Shown: positions 1-20,805 of the stretch, piece after piece | Numbering within the stretch: the first letter of the stretch is position 1 | How the letters are laid out: the number at the start of each line of letters is the position of its first letter | Translations under genes and position numbers: made by a program | Assembly (NCBI GenBank): GCA_002104905.1 | Contig: MCFE01000009.1 | Span: forward strand, 201,036-265,035 | Reading direction: 5' to 3' | Source: Basidiobolus meristosporus CBS 931.73 | Taxonomy: Eukaryota > Fungi > Basidiobolomycota | DNA: 64,000 bases | The notes under the pieces: generated by a model | What the model was told of the DNA's origin: nothing | What the model saw: the letters and a program-made list of their open reading frames with translations, nothing else | Database searches by the model: none

Positions 1-1
1 G

Positions 2-437
2 TTGGGCATAGAGCAGGATCCCTCAGTATTCAAAGATATCAAGTAGGTATCCTCCATTCGATCGCCTCTTCCAACCGCTTGTTCACCCCACCAATTATCC
101 CAGCCCACTGGCCAAGATGGAAGAAGAGCGTAAGATACACGAAAACAAGATGGCCAAGATGGAGGCAGAGATGAAGATGGTATTCCAGCAGAAGGTCCAG
201 GAAAAGGAAGACAAACTGAAGCAGACCGAGGATGAGGTAAGGTCCACTTTATATGCCGGGATTTACGGCCACTTATGAACCGAACCTATGTAGCTCTATC
301 ACCGTCACAAGGAAATGAAGGAGGCGTTGGAGAAGCAGCAGTACGAGTTGGAACAAAAGAAGAAACGCTTAGAAGCCGATGAGAGACCCAGCACCGCTGA
401 GAAAAGCAAAAAGAAGACGTTTGGGTTTAAGAACTAA
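2..437 (+). CDS. CDC3: Septin (Cdc3/AspB-like), 3' end only; exons <2-42, 104-236, 294-437
   Basis: Spliced translation LGIEQDPSVFKDIN|PLAKMEEERKIHENKMAKMEAEMKMVFQQKVQEKEDKLKQTEDE|LYHRHKEMKEALEKQ...KKKTFGFKN*. KMEAEMKMVFQQKV.EKE is the Cdc3/SEPT7 coiled-coil signature. GT..AG introns at 43-103 and 237-293. Confidence 0.9.
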
Positions 438-731
438 TTAATATGTACGGAACCCATGGTTCATCATGCACATTGCAAATAGCTGGGTTTGTGTGTGAGT
501 TGGTCGCTATTTAATTCCCATCTGTCTGGCACAACTCGAAGTATACTTGAAAGCACTCCTCTACAAAATAATGCCAATAAATTCGAAGGAAATACGCATC
601 ATTATCAGGTGTGAACGATACTGCCTAGTGCCCGGATCCTGTATATTCAAGAGTCTCAATAGCGTGCAGGCTGAATGATTTTTATTGCTGCTCGGAATGG
701 TGGCACCTGTACGCATATTTACCATACAAAC

Positions 732-2569
732 TCATTCCATTGATGTTGAGTTCGATAAGAAAGCCTCTTCCACATATCTACTGTAGAAATCCATTTTTAC
801 AACTGACCTGTTGTCCTCGGTTTCGCTGCTTGTTGCGTTAGGCCCAAATACGAGAGCCTTACCAGTGTCAAAGCTGCTCCAGCCATTCTGGCTGAGATCC
901 TCACCATATGCAAACCTGGCCCAATATTCAACCAATTTCTGGGCAACCAGTGTTTCGTGTGGGGTCAACACATTGGTATGAAAAAAGGTTGGCAACAAGT
1001 CTGAGGCATGGTGAACGGCGGGTGGCAATCCCGTAGCGTTCGATATGATCTTGATGAATTCCTCAATAGGTTGATCGAAATGGTAATACCACGTCTTGAA
1101 TTTGCCCTGTGCCGCCCATCTCTTAGCATATTCATGAATAGGGCCGTGGAACATGAAGTCACCGTTTATACTGCTTCCGAGGGCAACCCATTCTTGTGTG
1201 TTGTTCGACTGTGGCTCAGGATAAAGGCTTACGAATTCTTGTCTTAAATTCTGTGGGAGCTGTGTCTCAACATAGGCTTTGTACCCTTCAGGCTTCGTAA
1301 GATTGTTGAGTTCACTAAATAACGTACCCTGGGAGCAACAGCAGATGGGGTTAATTCGTACCAATTGTCGAATTCTTTGCATCAACAAACCTCGTCTTTA
1401 CAATCGCCAATGATCACTGCTTCAACGCTTTCATCGTATCCCTCGAACTCCAGAGCCTGCTTGATGATATCACCATAAATCAGAACATTATCTTGATGTG
1501 GCAAAGTTACAGCCCCTAGTGCGTTGGCATCGCTGATTAGCGTAGTATAGTTGATTTGACGGAGTGCGTCAACCTTTCCCTGGCTATCCAAGTTCTTGTC
1601 AATCCCATATTTCTCCAGAAGTTTGTCAAATAATGGCTGATCATTTGCAACAGGCGCTAGAGGTAAAGTATTGATAGTCCCTGATTGCAGAATCGCTCGC
1701 TTGAACAGACCACGGTTGATAAGCATATGATAGTGGATAGCGATGGCCCCAGCTGATTCACCATATACTGTGATATTCTCTGGGTCACCACCGAAGTGCT
1801 GGATGTTCTTCTTCACCCATTCGAGCCCTAGCTTCTGGTCCATCAGTCCCCAGTTTCCAACTGCCTTGTCTGTACCTGTCAACGAAGTATCATTTGAAAT
1901 AGTGGTGGCGATGTCATTTCCAGCCAGAAAACCAAGCACACCCAGTCGATAGTTAATCGTAACGATAACGACGGGGTGCGAGATATTCTTGGTGTAGGGA
2001 ATGACATTTTCCGCATCTAGATGGTCAGCATTAATTATACTACATCTCAACGAAGACACAGGCGTTTGTGATATTTTTACCATATGGGTAGTGACTATTA
2101 CCCCCCTGAATCAATGAACCACCATGAATCCAAACCATCACGGGTAATTTGGTGCTGTTGGTATCTGGGGTGTACACATTCAGATTTAAGCAGTCATGCT
2201 CACTGGCCACTGCACCTGGAGCGTCAACTCCAAAAACATTACTCAATATTTGTGGGCAGTATGGACTGCAATGACCATTAGTAAAACAATGTGCAAAAAC
2301 GAAACAAGCTCCTGAGCAAATCCCACTTACCCATAGCGAGTACTATCTCGCTCACCTTCCCAGGTCGCGTTGTATGGTGATGCAGGATACCAACGTTTGG
2401 TCACATTGGCAAATGGGATTCCTAGGAAGCATTGTGCCCCTTCGCTGGTCACCCCGCCTCGAAGTATTCCGTGACCGGGAAGATTAAGTGTCGTGGTTGT
2501 AGTAAAGTTTACACCGCTTGCTGTTAACGCAAACAAGGAGACAGTAGCAATGACTGTATACAGTACCAT
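732..2569 (-). CDS. Secreted type-B carboxylesterase/lipase, copy 1 (4 exons)
   Basis: Hydrophobic N-terminus MVLYTVIATVSLFALTASG; [12 protein letters not shown] (type-B signature); HGGS oxyanion loop; [16 protein letters not shown] nucleophile motif; GDCKDE|GT acid; AVHHASD catalytic His. Exons join in frame across GT-AG introns (e.g. 2330 donor, 1390-1329 intron). Confidence 0.88.
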
Positions 2570-2899
2570 TGGTGTGAAATGCAAATAATGCAACAGGTAA
2601 TGGTGATAGAATTACACTTCCCCATCTTAGCCAGGTATGGTTTATGTACCTCGCAAATCTGATGATTCATCGTATGAATTTGTAAAAGCAGCATTCGGCT
2701 ATTTCCATTTATTGGCAGACTAGGAGGTTGTGACGTGCATTCATGCAAAGTTTAGGGCCAAAAGCCCTATATCCCCTTCCTCAACCAATCCTATGGTGAA
2801 CCAGAGGTAGAGGTATCTGCAGCCATCAAATCAATCATCAGATAATGCATAGGTGCGATCATGTTTTTTGCCCAAGACCAATACGGTCACTTGAATAAA

Positions 2900-3790
2900 A
2901 AATCGTGGTATGCAATATGCTATGTTCGATATGGTCTTAATGAATACCTCTATGGGTTCATCGAAATGGTAGTACCACGCCTTGTATTTGCCTTGTGTTG
3001 CTCAGCTCTTGGCATAAAGATGGATAGGGCCATGGAACATGAAATCGCCTTTTATACTGCTTCCAAGGACTACCCACTCTATCCTATTGTTCAACTGTGG
3101 CTCAGGATAAAGGCTTACGAATTCTTGTCTCAAATTCTGTGGGATCTGCGTATCGAAATAGTTTTTGTATCCTTCAGGCTTCGTAAGATTGTTGTATTTG
3201 CTGAAGGTTACACCCGAGGAATATTGCAGAGGAAGTTATTTCTTAGAAATCTGTCAGGTTGCTTACACAAGCCAACCTCGCCTCTATAGTCGCCAACGAT
3301 GACTGCTTCGATGCACTCATCGTATCCTTCGAGCTCTAGAGTCTGCTTTGTAGTATCATCATGTATTAGAACATCGTCCTGATGTGGCAAAGGAGCAGCC
3401 CATAGCGCATTGGCATCGCTGATTAGCGTAGTATAGTTGATTTGACGGAGAGCATCAACCTTTGCCTGACTATTCAAGTTCTTGCCAATCCCATATTTCT
3501 TCAGAAGTTTGTCAAATAATGGTTGATCATCTCCAATAAGTCGAAGTGGTGCAGTATTGATAGTACCTGATTGCAAAATCGCTCGCTTGAACAGACTACG
3601 GTTGATAAGCATATGATGGTGGATAGCGATGGCCCCAGCTGATTCACCATATGCCGTGATTTTCTCTGGGCCAGTATTGAAGTATTGGATGTTCTTTTTC
3701 ACCAGTACGAGTCCCAATACTTGGTCCATCAATCCCCAGTTTCCAACTGCCTTATCTTTTCCAGTAAGCGAGGTGTCGCCCGGTTAGACC
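2900..3790 (-). pseudogene. Truncated carboxylesterase copy 2 (no exons 1-2, C-terminus broken off)
   Basis: ORF 3208-3732 contains YGESAG and GDYRGE. Homology stops near 3790 (5') and near 2900 (3', before the catalytic His). Confidence 0.8.
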
Positions 3791-5464
3791 ACGTTATCTG
3801 TTTGAAACCAGTCTGTAAACAAAGTAAATAATGCCATGGAAAATCGTGGCAAAAAATAAGTTATACCTTCCTATAGTTGATATGTACTTTCCGAGATCAT
3901 GGGGAATACGTTTTAGCTCGTAATTACCGGGATTCCCAGCTATGTAGACTATAATAAGACCTGGTTGAGCATTCAGTCTTGGTGACAACAGGACTGAGAT
4001 ATGGAATTGACAATATTGCTAGCATGACTAATGGTTGCGATTCATATACCTCATTTGAGGCAAATATAGTAAATGTTTGCATACCTAGAAGTCTATTTCG
4101 CTAGCTCAGTATAGCAGTTGCCACTGACTTTTGATAGCACTCATCAACGCTCACTAGATCGCTAGTAGTGGTAAATGATATTTATATGAATTGTCAACAA
4201 ACAATCACGTAAATGGCTCCGAAATAGATATCAGAGAATTTCATTTCTCTGATTGTTCAAAATAAGGGAAATCTCGAGAAACACCCTAACCTTCTCGTGC
4301 TACATTGTATAGCCTTTATTGATACATCTTCTTATTAGGCTTGCGGAGATCTTGCCAATGCTTAATTTGGCGCTGTAAATCACCACCAAATCCAGTGACT
4401 ATTCTCTAAACACTTTTGCCCAGTTGGGGTTTAAATGATCACATAATCATCTCACAGCAGAAAGTACCCTACCTATACATTTGCTGATATATTCATATGC
4501 GTAATCTTTGCTTTACTTCCACAGTACCGAATAGTGGGCAATTAGAGTCTACGAAAACGATACAAGGTCCCGTAAAATGCCTGCAAACAATTTTGCATAG
4601 TCGTTCACAACATATCTTTGTATTTTAGAAATCGAGTCTTCAACTGCAATCTAATACATCGATTGTAAACTGACTCTACTGGATGCGGTTGAAAATTTGC
4701 TACTATGCACTTCCAGGGAACTAGAGACTTCTATGAACCGGATAGTCTAATCATTTCCGTGAGCATGAATATTATCATAAAGCAAAAGTACCTGGCAAAT
4801 CGGATGATGTATCATTAATACTCGTAGCTGGGGCAGCTGGTTGTTGCCACTTATTGGCAGACTAAGAGGCTGCGGCTCGTTCTTGTAAGACTAAAGCTAA
4901 TAAACTATGGATGTTGAATCAGCGAGGCTAAACCATTCCCACAGATCTAGAAGTAGAGATCAGCAGCTACCAAGCCATTACCTAGAAAATATTACGGATA
5001 CATGTTGTCAGCTTGAGGCCAGTTTGATCCAATCAAAAAAGACAAAAATACCATGAAAATAGCGGCAACTAATAGCTATTTATGCCTACAGTTGATATGC
5101 ACTTTCCAGGACACTCGGGAATAAGTAGTAGCCTGTAATTACCGGGCATTTCCTGATTAAGAGCACTGTAATAAGTCCAGGCTGATTATTCAGTCTTAGT
5201 GGCCACAGGACTGACATAATTGTTCTCTTAGTCAAGTGATCGCGTGTGCGGAACTCTGTGATATATCGTGCTAGAATACTATTGACAAGCTTCATTCAAA
5301 GTATTGGAAGCGTTTAAAGTCATGGAGACAGATTTCATTAGATTTCATTTATTGTTTAGAATTGCGGAAATCCCGAGAAACGAATCCACTGTTGGGTACT
5401 CCCTCGGGTGAAATGTGTCAACTTCAAGGTAGGATCGATTGCTAATGGAAATAGTAGCACCTAT

Positions 5465-5789
5465 CAATTATCCTGATCCTTTGGCCTAGGTGTAAGAAGA
5501 GCGTAGAATAGCGAAGAAAAAATGGCATATACGCATTTCACCAGTAGGTTCAGAGAAGAAAGACAAACCGAAACAGACCAAGGATGAGGTAAGGTCCACT
5601 TTATATGCCGGGATTTACGGCCACTTATGAACCGAACCTATGTAGCTCTATCACCGCCACAAGGAAATGAAGGAGGCGTTGGAGAAGCAGCAGTACGAGT
5701 TGGAACAAAAGAAGAAACGCCTAGAAGCCGATGCGAGGCCCAGCACCGCTGAGAAAAGCAAAAAGAAGACGTTTGGGTTTAAGAATTAA
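5465..5789 (+). pseudogene. Duplicated septin 3' fragment
   Basis: 5580-5789 is almost identical to 228-437 (last intron plus last exon). 5465-5580 is a decayed, indel-ridden match to 95-230. No upstream septin sequence. Confidence 0.85.
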
Positions 5790-6010
5790 TTAATATGTAC
5801 GGAGCCCATGGTTCATCGTGCACATTGCAAATAGCTGGGTTTGTATGTGGGTTGGCCGCAATTTGACTCCCATGCTTGTGAAGTGTGAGCAATGCTAGAG
5901 CTTTAGCATATCCAAACCATATCCATTCGGCAGTAATGATAATATGCGAACTCGGCAACCTTTATTGCGCAAAATAACAATCCTTGGTCACATATTTGCC
6001 ATAAAACTCA

Positions 6011-7843
<1,833 letters not shown>

Positions 7844-9205
7844 CGGAGTGCAATACAAGCAATGTAGTAAATTTGAAGTGATGATCGAATTATCCTTGAA
7901 AACCTGGCTGTACGTGGCTTATGTACCTTGCAAATCCGATAATGCATCATTTAGGCTTGTAACTGCAGCATTCGGTTGTTGCCATTTATTGGTAGACTAA
8001 GAAGCTGCGGCCCATTCATTCGTGCAAAGTTTAGTTCCAAATCACCAAGTACAATTGACCATTGAGGCTGAACTAATAATGTACTCGTTCTCATCAAAGT
8101 AAACGATTTTTCATTAATCTGACAGTAGAGATATGCAACAGTTAAGCCAACGCCAAGAAAATACTGCCGTTTCGACCGTATTGTTGGTCCGATACCAGTC
8201 TTATCCAAATCAATATGTCGACAATAGCAATACGACACGAGTTTCATTTGCAGTCGATATACACTTTCCAGGACGATTCAAGTAAATATTTCGTTGCCCG
8301 GATTTCTATAGCAGTAAATAGCTTGTAATCAACGGGGATTATAGATTACGTATCTAAAGTTGATTATCTAGGCATACTGATCTCAGAACTTGAATGCGTA
8401 ATTGACAACATTACATAGCTTAGCCGACGGGTGGTATGTGCAGGGTTCTTTACGCAACGAGTTTTATTTGTATGCTATCGATGTGCTTCATTCAAGATAA
8501 TTGAAGATGTTTCATGCGTAGATTTATATTTCTATAGCTCTGCTTAGTAACAATCACTGGCCATTGATAATACCCATTATTAGAGGAGAATATGTAAAAG
8601 GGCTTATTTGAAGGATTCAATAGATTTCTATACAAATGATCACATAACACAGCCTCGTAAACCAATGGAATTTTTTTCAGTATTTCCGAGAAACTTACTT
8701 CGCTGAATGTTCCAAATTGCGGAAATCCTACACGCAACCTCTAACATTACCCACAAATTTCAATCCGCAATAAATCCCTAAATTTAGTAGTGCGAAGATC
8801 ACTATTTCAACTGTACAAATTTACATGCGAGCAACTCATTTCTAAAGTGATGCCATGAGCCAGACAACCCAATTATTTGAAACAACAATTCCATGCAAAG
8901 TGTAGCTTCCATTGCTGAGATTATCGAGATGTCTGGTATCATGATTGAGGAGTACTCAAATTCCATCATATTCAAAAGCGATTCTTGAAATTGATATTTT
9001 AATTAGAGTTGAATACCTATGTGTTGGCTGCTAAAAATTCCTGTTTAGCAGCTCGAAGCATTTTTAAAATCACTCGACCAAAATAGAACGCCAATGAATT
9101 CAGGCTTCACCAATGCGCCCTGACCTTTTCAATGGGATAAATCCACCAGTAATTTTTATTGATGCTTGGAATGTCTGTCCCTGTTCACATATTTACTATC
9201 GAAAC

Positions 9206-11050
<1,845 letters not shown>

Positions 11051-12434
11051 TGACGTGCAATGGAATTAGTAAACAAAGATGAAACTGCACATGAGTTGGT
11101 TTTTACGTACCTCGCAAATATGATGATTCATCATTTGGGCTTGTAACCACTGTATTTGGATGATGCCACTAATCGGCAGGCTAAGCGGCGGTGACTCATA
11201 TCATCGTGCGAAATTTATGCGCTAAGGACTTGGGGCCATGGACTACTGGGCTAAAACCATAATGTTCCTTTAATCAACCAACCACATGGTAAACCAGAGA
11301 CAGTGATCTGGAACTTGGGTAAACGGGATTAAGCATTGCAATGCCGGGATTTCTATTTATATTTCTCAAATTGGCAATATTCACATCATAATGCATCCAA
11401 GTATTGATTGGCAATGACTAAGTGTGTTCAGTCTTTGAGTTTCTTGTAAGTGAACATATATGACGTATTTCCAAGTATCTTTTTTCGCGAATTAGTTAGC
11501 ATTGCGGATTGCGTTGAAATCTAAATCCTTAATCTTCTACTCTAAATCACATCTAGAGCTAGTGACTAATGAGCAATAGTATTGCAACCTTCATTAATGA
11601 TCAGAAAAACACGTTAAGCATGTATGTATGAAGCTATACCATTAATCTGGGTCAGAACGGAGTATAAAATCATAGACGTTAATCCGGCAAACATATCCAT
11701 AATACCCAAGGTCTCGCACATATTATTCCATCCATCCAAAGAAATACCAGGTGCAAGTTAATCTGATCAGTCGTTGCAGTGGCAATGCTCCACAGCCACA
11801 AAAATGGGGTGAGTATCAGAAGGAATAGCCATGATGCTTTGGGCATATGATGACTACAAATCGAATATTTATATCGATCCAGTGGGTGTATCGAGCAAGT
11901 TTTAGAGCAGCAATCATTGCTAAAATCATCAGGATTTCTGGTACCAGTGTTGAGCAAAGCCTGGAATACATCATATTCGGTTGCGAAAAGTTTCATAGAA
12001 GCGGCCATATCTTGATAATGTGATCAACATTGATTCCTATTTTCGCCAAGCTGTGTTGATTATTGATTAGACAAGTGTAGGCCGTATGCATTAGAACAAA
12101 AGATATATTAAGAAGCAAATAAATGGCCAAGCACTGCCAAGATGAGGGAAATCAAAACGTTTAGGTCGAATTGTACAGTATGTCAGGGTCTTATAGTCAC
12201 ATATAGCTGGGTTTGTTTGAGATTTGTTCGCTATCTAATTCAAACATGTCTGGTACAATTCAAAGAATGTTCACGGCTTTCAATGGAATCTTGGTGATCA
12301 AAGAGAATATGCATAACCTTAATAAACGGTGCGAACCCTAACGATTCATGGAGTTTTGGGATTTTGCAAACATGATGATTTTAATTAATGCTTGGAATGA
12401 TGGCTCTTGCTTACATATTTCCCACTAAAACATA

Positions 12435-14266
<1,832 letters not shown>

Positions 14267-14363
14267 TGGTGTGCAATGCAAAATTGTAAAAAGTAGTAAA
14301 AGATGATGGTATTGTAGCTTTCTTCCCGAGCCAAGCATGGCTTATATACACCTTGCAAGTCCG

Positions 14364-14460
14364 ATGATTCATCATTTGGGCTTGTAGCTGCAGTATTTGG
14401 GTGCTGCCATTTATTGGCAGGCTGGGAGGCAGTGACTCACGTAATCGTGCGAGGTTCATG
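14364..14460 (-). promoter_or_regulatory. Conserved upstream element of the esterase genes (also ~2662-2745, ~4800-4890 orphan, ~7940-8035, ~11120-11225, ~17284-17380)
   Basis: Plus-strand motif TGATTCATC...GCTGCAG...GCCATTTATTGGCAG(A/G)CT recurs ~100-190 bp 5' of each intact ATG. The minus strand reads CTGCCAATAAATGG (TATA-like). Function is inferred from conservation only. Confidence 0.5.
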
Positions 14461-15346
14461 GCCAGTGGCCAAGGACGATGAGCTATTTAGGTAAAAACGA
14501 CAATGTGCCCTTTCTCATCAACGCACATGGCTTGCACTGATCCAGGAGTGGAGATCTGAAAATATCAAATCACCGCCAAGGAAATACCATGGAAGCGATC
14601 ACGCTGCTCGACTGAGTCTACAACAGCTATAATTGGATAGAATACCCTGGCATGAATCAAGTGGCGTTCCAAGATAGCGGTTTGTGATGAAACATGAATG
14701 AACACAGTTGATCTGTTTATTTGGAGGCACGTGGGGTGTACATCTCAACGCCTAGTTTCTTACTTTGGCAGTCGGTTTAGTGTGAAACTATTGATAAGAT
14801 TCATTAGTAGGCACCAAGGTATCAGCAAAGAAGTGATTCAAAATATTCGTATTAAGGAGAATTAGAGTGAACTCTGTATGAATGATGACGACAAAACGTA
14901 ACAGCCATTAGAAGGTCTATATATATTGGTTTATCTGTTGCGGGTAGTATTAGTTGGTCTGAGATGTTGAGTCAACTTTTTACTTGAAGTCATGCTCGAC
15001 ACAATCACATAGAATTTCAGCAATGGAGTAAATTGCACCCTTAAGAATTTATCGTACACTAACCATTGACCAACAATCGTGGATTGCAACCTAATATTAG
15101 TGAGTGCGCTGAGTATCAAACATCAGGAGGATAAGCGAAACTGAACTGGCGTGTTAATTATACGTTATGTGATTCCTATCCGACACAACTCCAGGTACGA
15201 CCAATAATTCTGATAAGTAATATAATTATATTTTACCAATACTTCCAAACAATTCCACAATTGGGGGATTTCAAAGGTATGCGAACTGAATGGTTTTTAT
15301 TGATGCTTGGCATTATGCACCTCATTTGTATATTTATCATACAAGC

Positions 15347-17186
<1,840 letters not shown>

Positions 17187-18690
17187 TGGTGTGCAATGCA
17201 AAATTGTAAAAAGTAGTAAAAGATGATGGTATTGTAGCTTTCTACCCGAGCCAAGCATGGCTTATATACACCTTGCAAGTCCGGTGATTCATCATTTGGG
17301 CTTGTAGCTGCAGTATTTGGGTGCTGCCATTTATTGGCAGGCTGGGAGGCAGTGACTCACGTAATCGTGCGAGGTTCATGGCCAGTGGCCAAGGACGATG
17401 AGCTATTTAGGTAAAAACGACAATGTGCCCTTTCTCATCAACGCACATGGCTTGCACTGATCCAGGAGTGGAGATCTGAAAATATCAAATCACCGCCAAG
17501 GAAATACCATGGAAGCGATCACGCTGCTCGACCGAGTCTACAACAGCTATAATTGGATAGAATACCCTGGCATGAATCAAGTGGCGTTCCAAGATAGCGG
17601 TTTGTGATGAAACATGAATGAACACAGTTGATCCGTCCAGCTTGTTACTTGGGTAACCCGTTTTATTTGGAACCAGTGAAAATATTTATTAGCATACATG
17701 TTCTTGAGTATCTGTTCTAAGTAAGGACATCTCCATTTGGTTATCATGTGTCTCGGTTCTATTACCAGACGATAGTGATTATATTTTTAGCAACTCTGAA
17801 AATCGAGAATATACATAGCACATTCATATATTTCAATGATATTTCGTCATGGGCCAATTCATTAGTTTTGCAAAGTTCATATAGGCAGTCAAAGGATAAA
17901 CACCCCAAATTATCTTCATGTCCACACCGCTACTTCAGTAATCATTCTTGGTTAGGTTTGACTCTTTGACCAGTTAGTAACATGTCTGCCAGTGGGGATT
18001 CAATGAAGCATCCTATCAATGTCAAATGGCATTTACTTACATACTGTTAGACTAATCACTCTCTCTGCAACTTTGGCTAATGCTTGCAAGTGCACTAGAA
18101 AAGAACACCGATATCAGACACACCCATTGGAATAATTCTTGCTGAAGTGTAGTAGCTCCAAAGCAATACAAAGAACCACTAAAATGTATTTGCTTTAATT
18201 GAGCCATTGTTAGTGAACAAACAGCATCAAATCTAAATGCACATCTGTTATGATTTCAAATATGGCCAAAACTTTGCAACCAATCAGTACTTCAGAATTT
18301 TTTCTGCAGAGCTGTTGTAAGAGTAGCAAGTAAATGTATTCGTATGAAACACCATACTTTACATATATCTTTTTATGAACTACTACATCACATTGTGATA
18401 TCAGGTATATCAGTTATCATGTTCCAAATAGTATGAGCAATGTATTTCAACTCAATAAATCTACAATTAATAACCATATTCTCCAAAAGTCACCACAGTT
18501 CTACTAGGTGATGTCTACGATTATAAACCTGCTAAACTGAGTGAAATGGTATAATAGGGAGGTTCGAATAATTCAGCTTCTTTAGCAAGTATGAACCGTA
18601 TCAATTGAAAGAACCTTGATAACATGCTGACTGGGTGAGTTTATTGATGCTTAGAATGATATCTTTCACTCACATATACTCCACAGGACC

Positions 18691-20473
18691 TCATTTCATT
18701 GATGTTGAGCTTGATAAGAAGGCCTTGTTCATATATTTACTGTAGAAACTCATTTGAGTGACCGCCCTATTGTCTTCGGTCTCGCGGTTTACTGTATTGA
18801 GCCCAAACACCGAAACCTTACAGGAGTCACAACTATTCCAACTGTTCTGGGATAAGTCCTCACAGTACGCAAACCGGACCCAATAGTCAATGAACTTGTA
18901 CGCAACCAGAGTTTCGTAAGGAGCAGGCACGTGCAGAAATGTTGTTAGCACGTCCGAGGCATGGTGGACAGCGGGTGACAAACCCAAGGATTTCGAAATT
19001 GACCTTACGAGTACTTTCATAAGTTGATCGAAATGGTAGTACTACGTCTTGAGTTTTCCTTGTGTTGCCCAGCTTTTGGCATATTGATGGATTGCACCGC
19101 GGAACATTTATGCTTGTTCCAAGGGCAAATCATTCCTATGAGTTGTTTGATTGAGGCTCAAGATAAATCCTCATGAATTCTTGTTCATATACATGTTGTA
19201 TGCCTCAGGCTTTGTCGGATTGCAGAATTGACTAAAAAACGTACCCTAAAATCAATTTCACAAAAGGTTAATTCGGTGCTAATTGCCGTGCGGTGTGCAC
19301 CAACAAACCTCACTTTTACAGTCACCAACGCTGACCGCTTCGATGCTTTTATCGTATCCTTCGAACTCTAGCGCCTTCTTTTTGATGTCAGTATGAATCG
19401 TAACATCGTCCTGATGCGGCAATGGAACAGCTCCTAGCACATTGGCATCGTTGATTAAGGTGGTATATTTGATTTGCCGCAGAGCATCAACCTTCCCTTA
19501 GCTGTCTAGGTTCTTGTCAATCCCGTATTTTTTCAAATGATTATCAAATGAGGGCCGGTCGTCTGCAACAGGTATAAGCGGTGTCGTATTGATAGTTCCA
19601 GATTTCAAGATCGCCCTTCTGAACAAACCACGGTTAGAAGCATATGATAATGGATAGAGATTGATCCTGCTGATTCTCCATACACCGCATTTCTGGGTCA
19701 CCACCAAAGTGTTGGATATTCTTCTTCACCCATTTGAGTCCCAAAACTTGGTCCATTAGTCTACAGTTACCAACTGCCTTATCTTTACCAGTCATTGGGG
19801 ATCGCTTGCAATGACGGTGGCAACATCCTTACCAGCCAGAAAACCAAGTACATCTAACCGGTAAGTGGATTGTCACGATGCCCACAGGGTGTGAGATATT
19901 CTTGGTTTAAGGTATAACGTTTTCCGTACCTGGAGATGCAGTATAAATTTTTGCGCATCAGGTAAGACAATGGCAGGTGTGATACACTTACCACATGGGT
20001 AGTGACTATCACCCTCCTGAATGAATGAGCCACCATGAATCCAAACCATCACGGGTATTTTGGTGCTGTTGGTATCTGGGGTGTATACATTCAGATTCAA
20101 GCAGTCATGCTCACTGGCCACTGCCCCTGGAGTGTCAACTTCATAACAGTCCAATGTCTGTGGGCAGTATGGAATAGAATGGTTATCAGTAGCACATTTG
20201 GTAGAGTGGAACAGCCCAACTGTAAGGGCCCACTTACCCATAGCGAGTACTATCTCGCTCACCTTCCCAGATCACATTGTATGGCGATGCAGGATACCAA
20301 CGTTTGGTCATATTGGCAAATAGAATCTCTGGGAAGTGTCCCCCTTCACTGGTAACCCCACCTCAAACAAACACGTAGCTGGGAAGGTTTAGTGTGGTGG
20401 TAGCTGTAAAGTTCACACTGGTCGTTGGCGGAGTGAATAAGGATATAGTAACAATGGCTGTATATAGTACCAT
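18691..20473 (-). pseudogene. Carboxylesterase copy 7, frameshifted pseudogene
   Basis: Recognisable exons ([32 protein letters not shown]) split over several frames. Stop after NLPSYVFV; indel just before the GESAG codons (~19690). Confidence 0.85.
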
Positions 20474-20539
20474 TGTGGTGCAATTCAAACAATGTAACAA
20501 GTAGTACGAGATGATAAAACTGCGTTTCCCCACCAGAGC

Positions 20540-20805
20540 TGTGTATCTCAAACTTGGAACTCATCTGATAATCTGCTGGTATTCTAACGGTATTTTGCTG
20601 GCATTCAGCTGGTGTTTTCTCTTCAAATTTTTAGTTGCAATTTTTGCTGGAAGTAGTGAGTAGCTGATTACCAAATTTGGTATTAATGCTAGATGGCTCA
20701 GTCTCCTCCTGGAAAATATGTCTGCCTGTCTGCCAAATAGCTAGTACATGAGATATCAAGAGTTGTCAATTTAGAAACTTGGAATTCAGCTGATGTTATG
20801 ACGGT
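20540..20805. repeat. Dispersed ~270-bp repeat; inverted copy at ~29185-29440
   Basis: The reverse complement of 20540-20805 aligns with 29185-29440 (TGAATTCCAAGTTTCT..AATTGACAACTCT..CAGGAGGAGACT..ACCAAATTT..AAAACACCAGCTGAAT..CAGATGA.TTCCAAGTT). Each copy has an AAACTTGGAA(C/T)TCA direct repeat near both ends. Confidence 0.7.
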
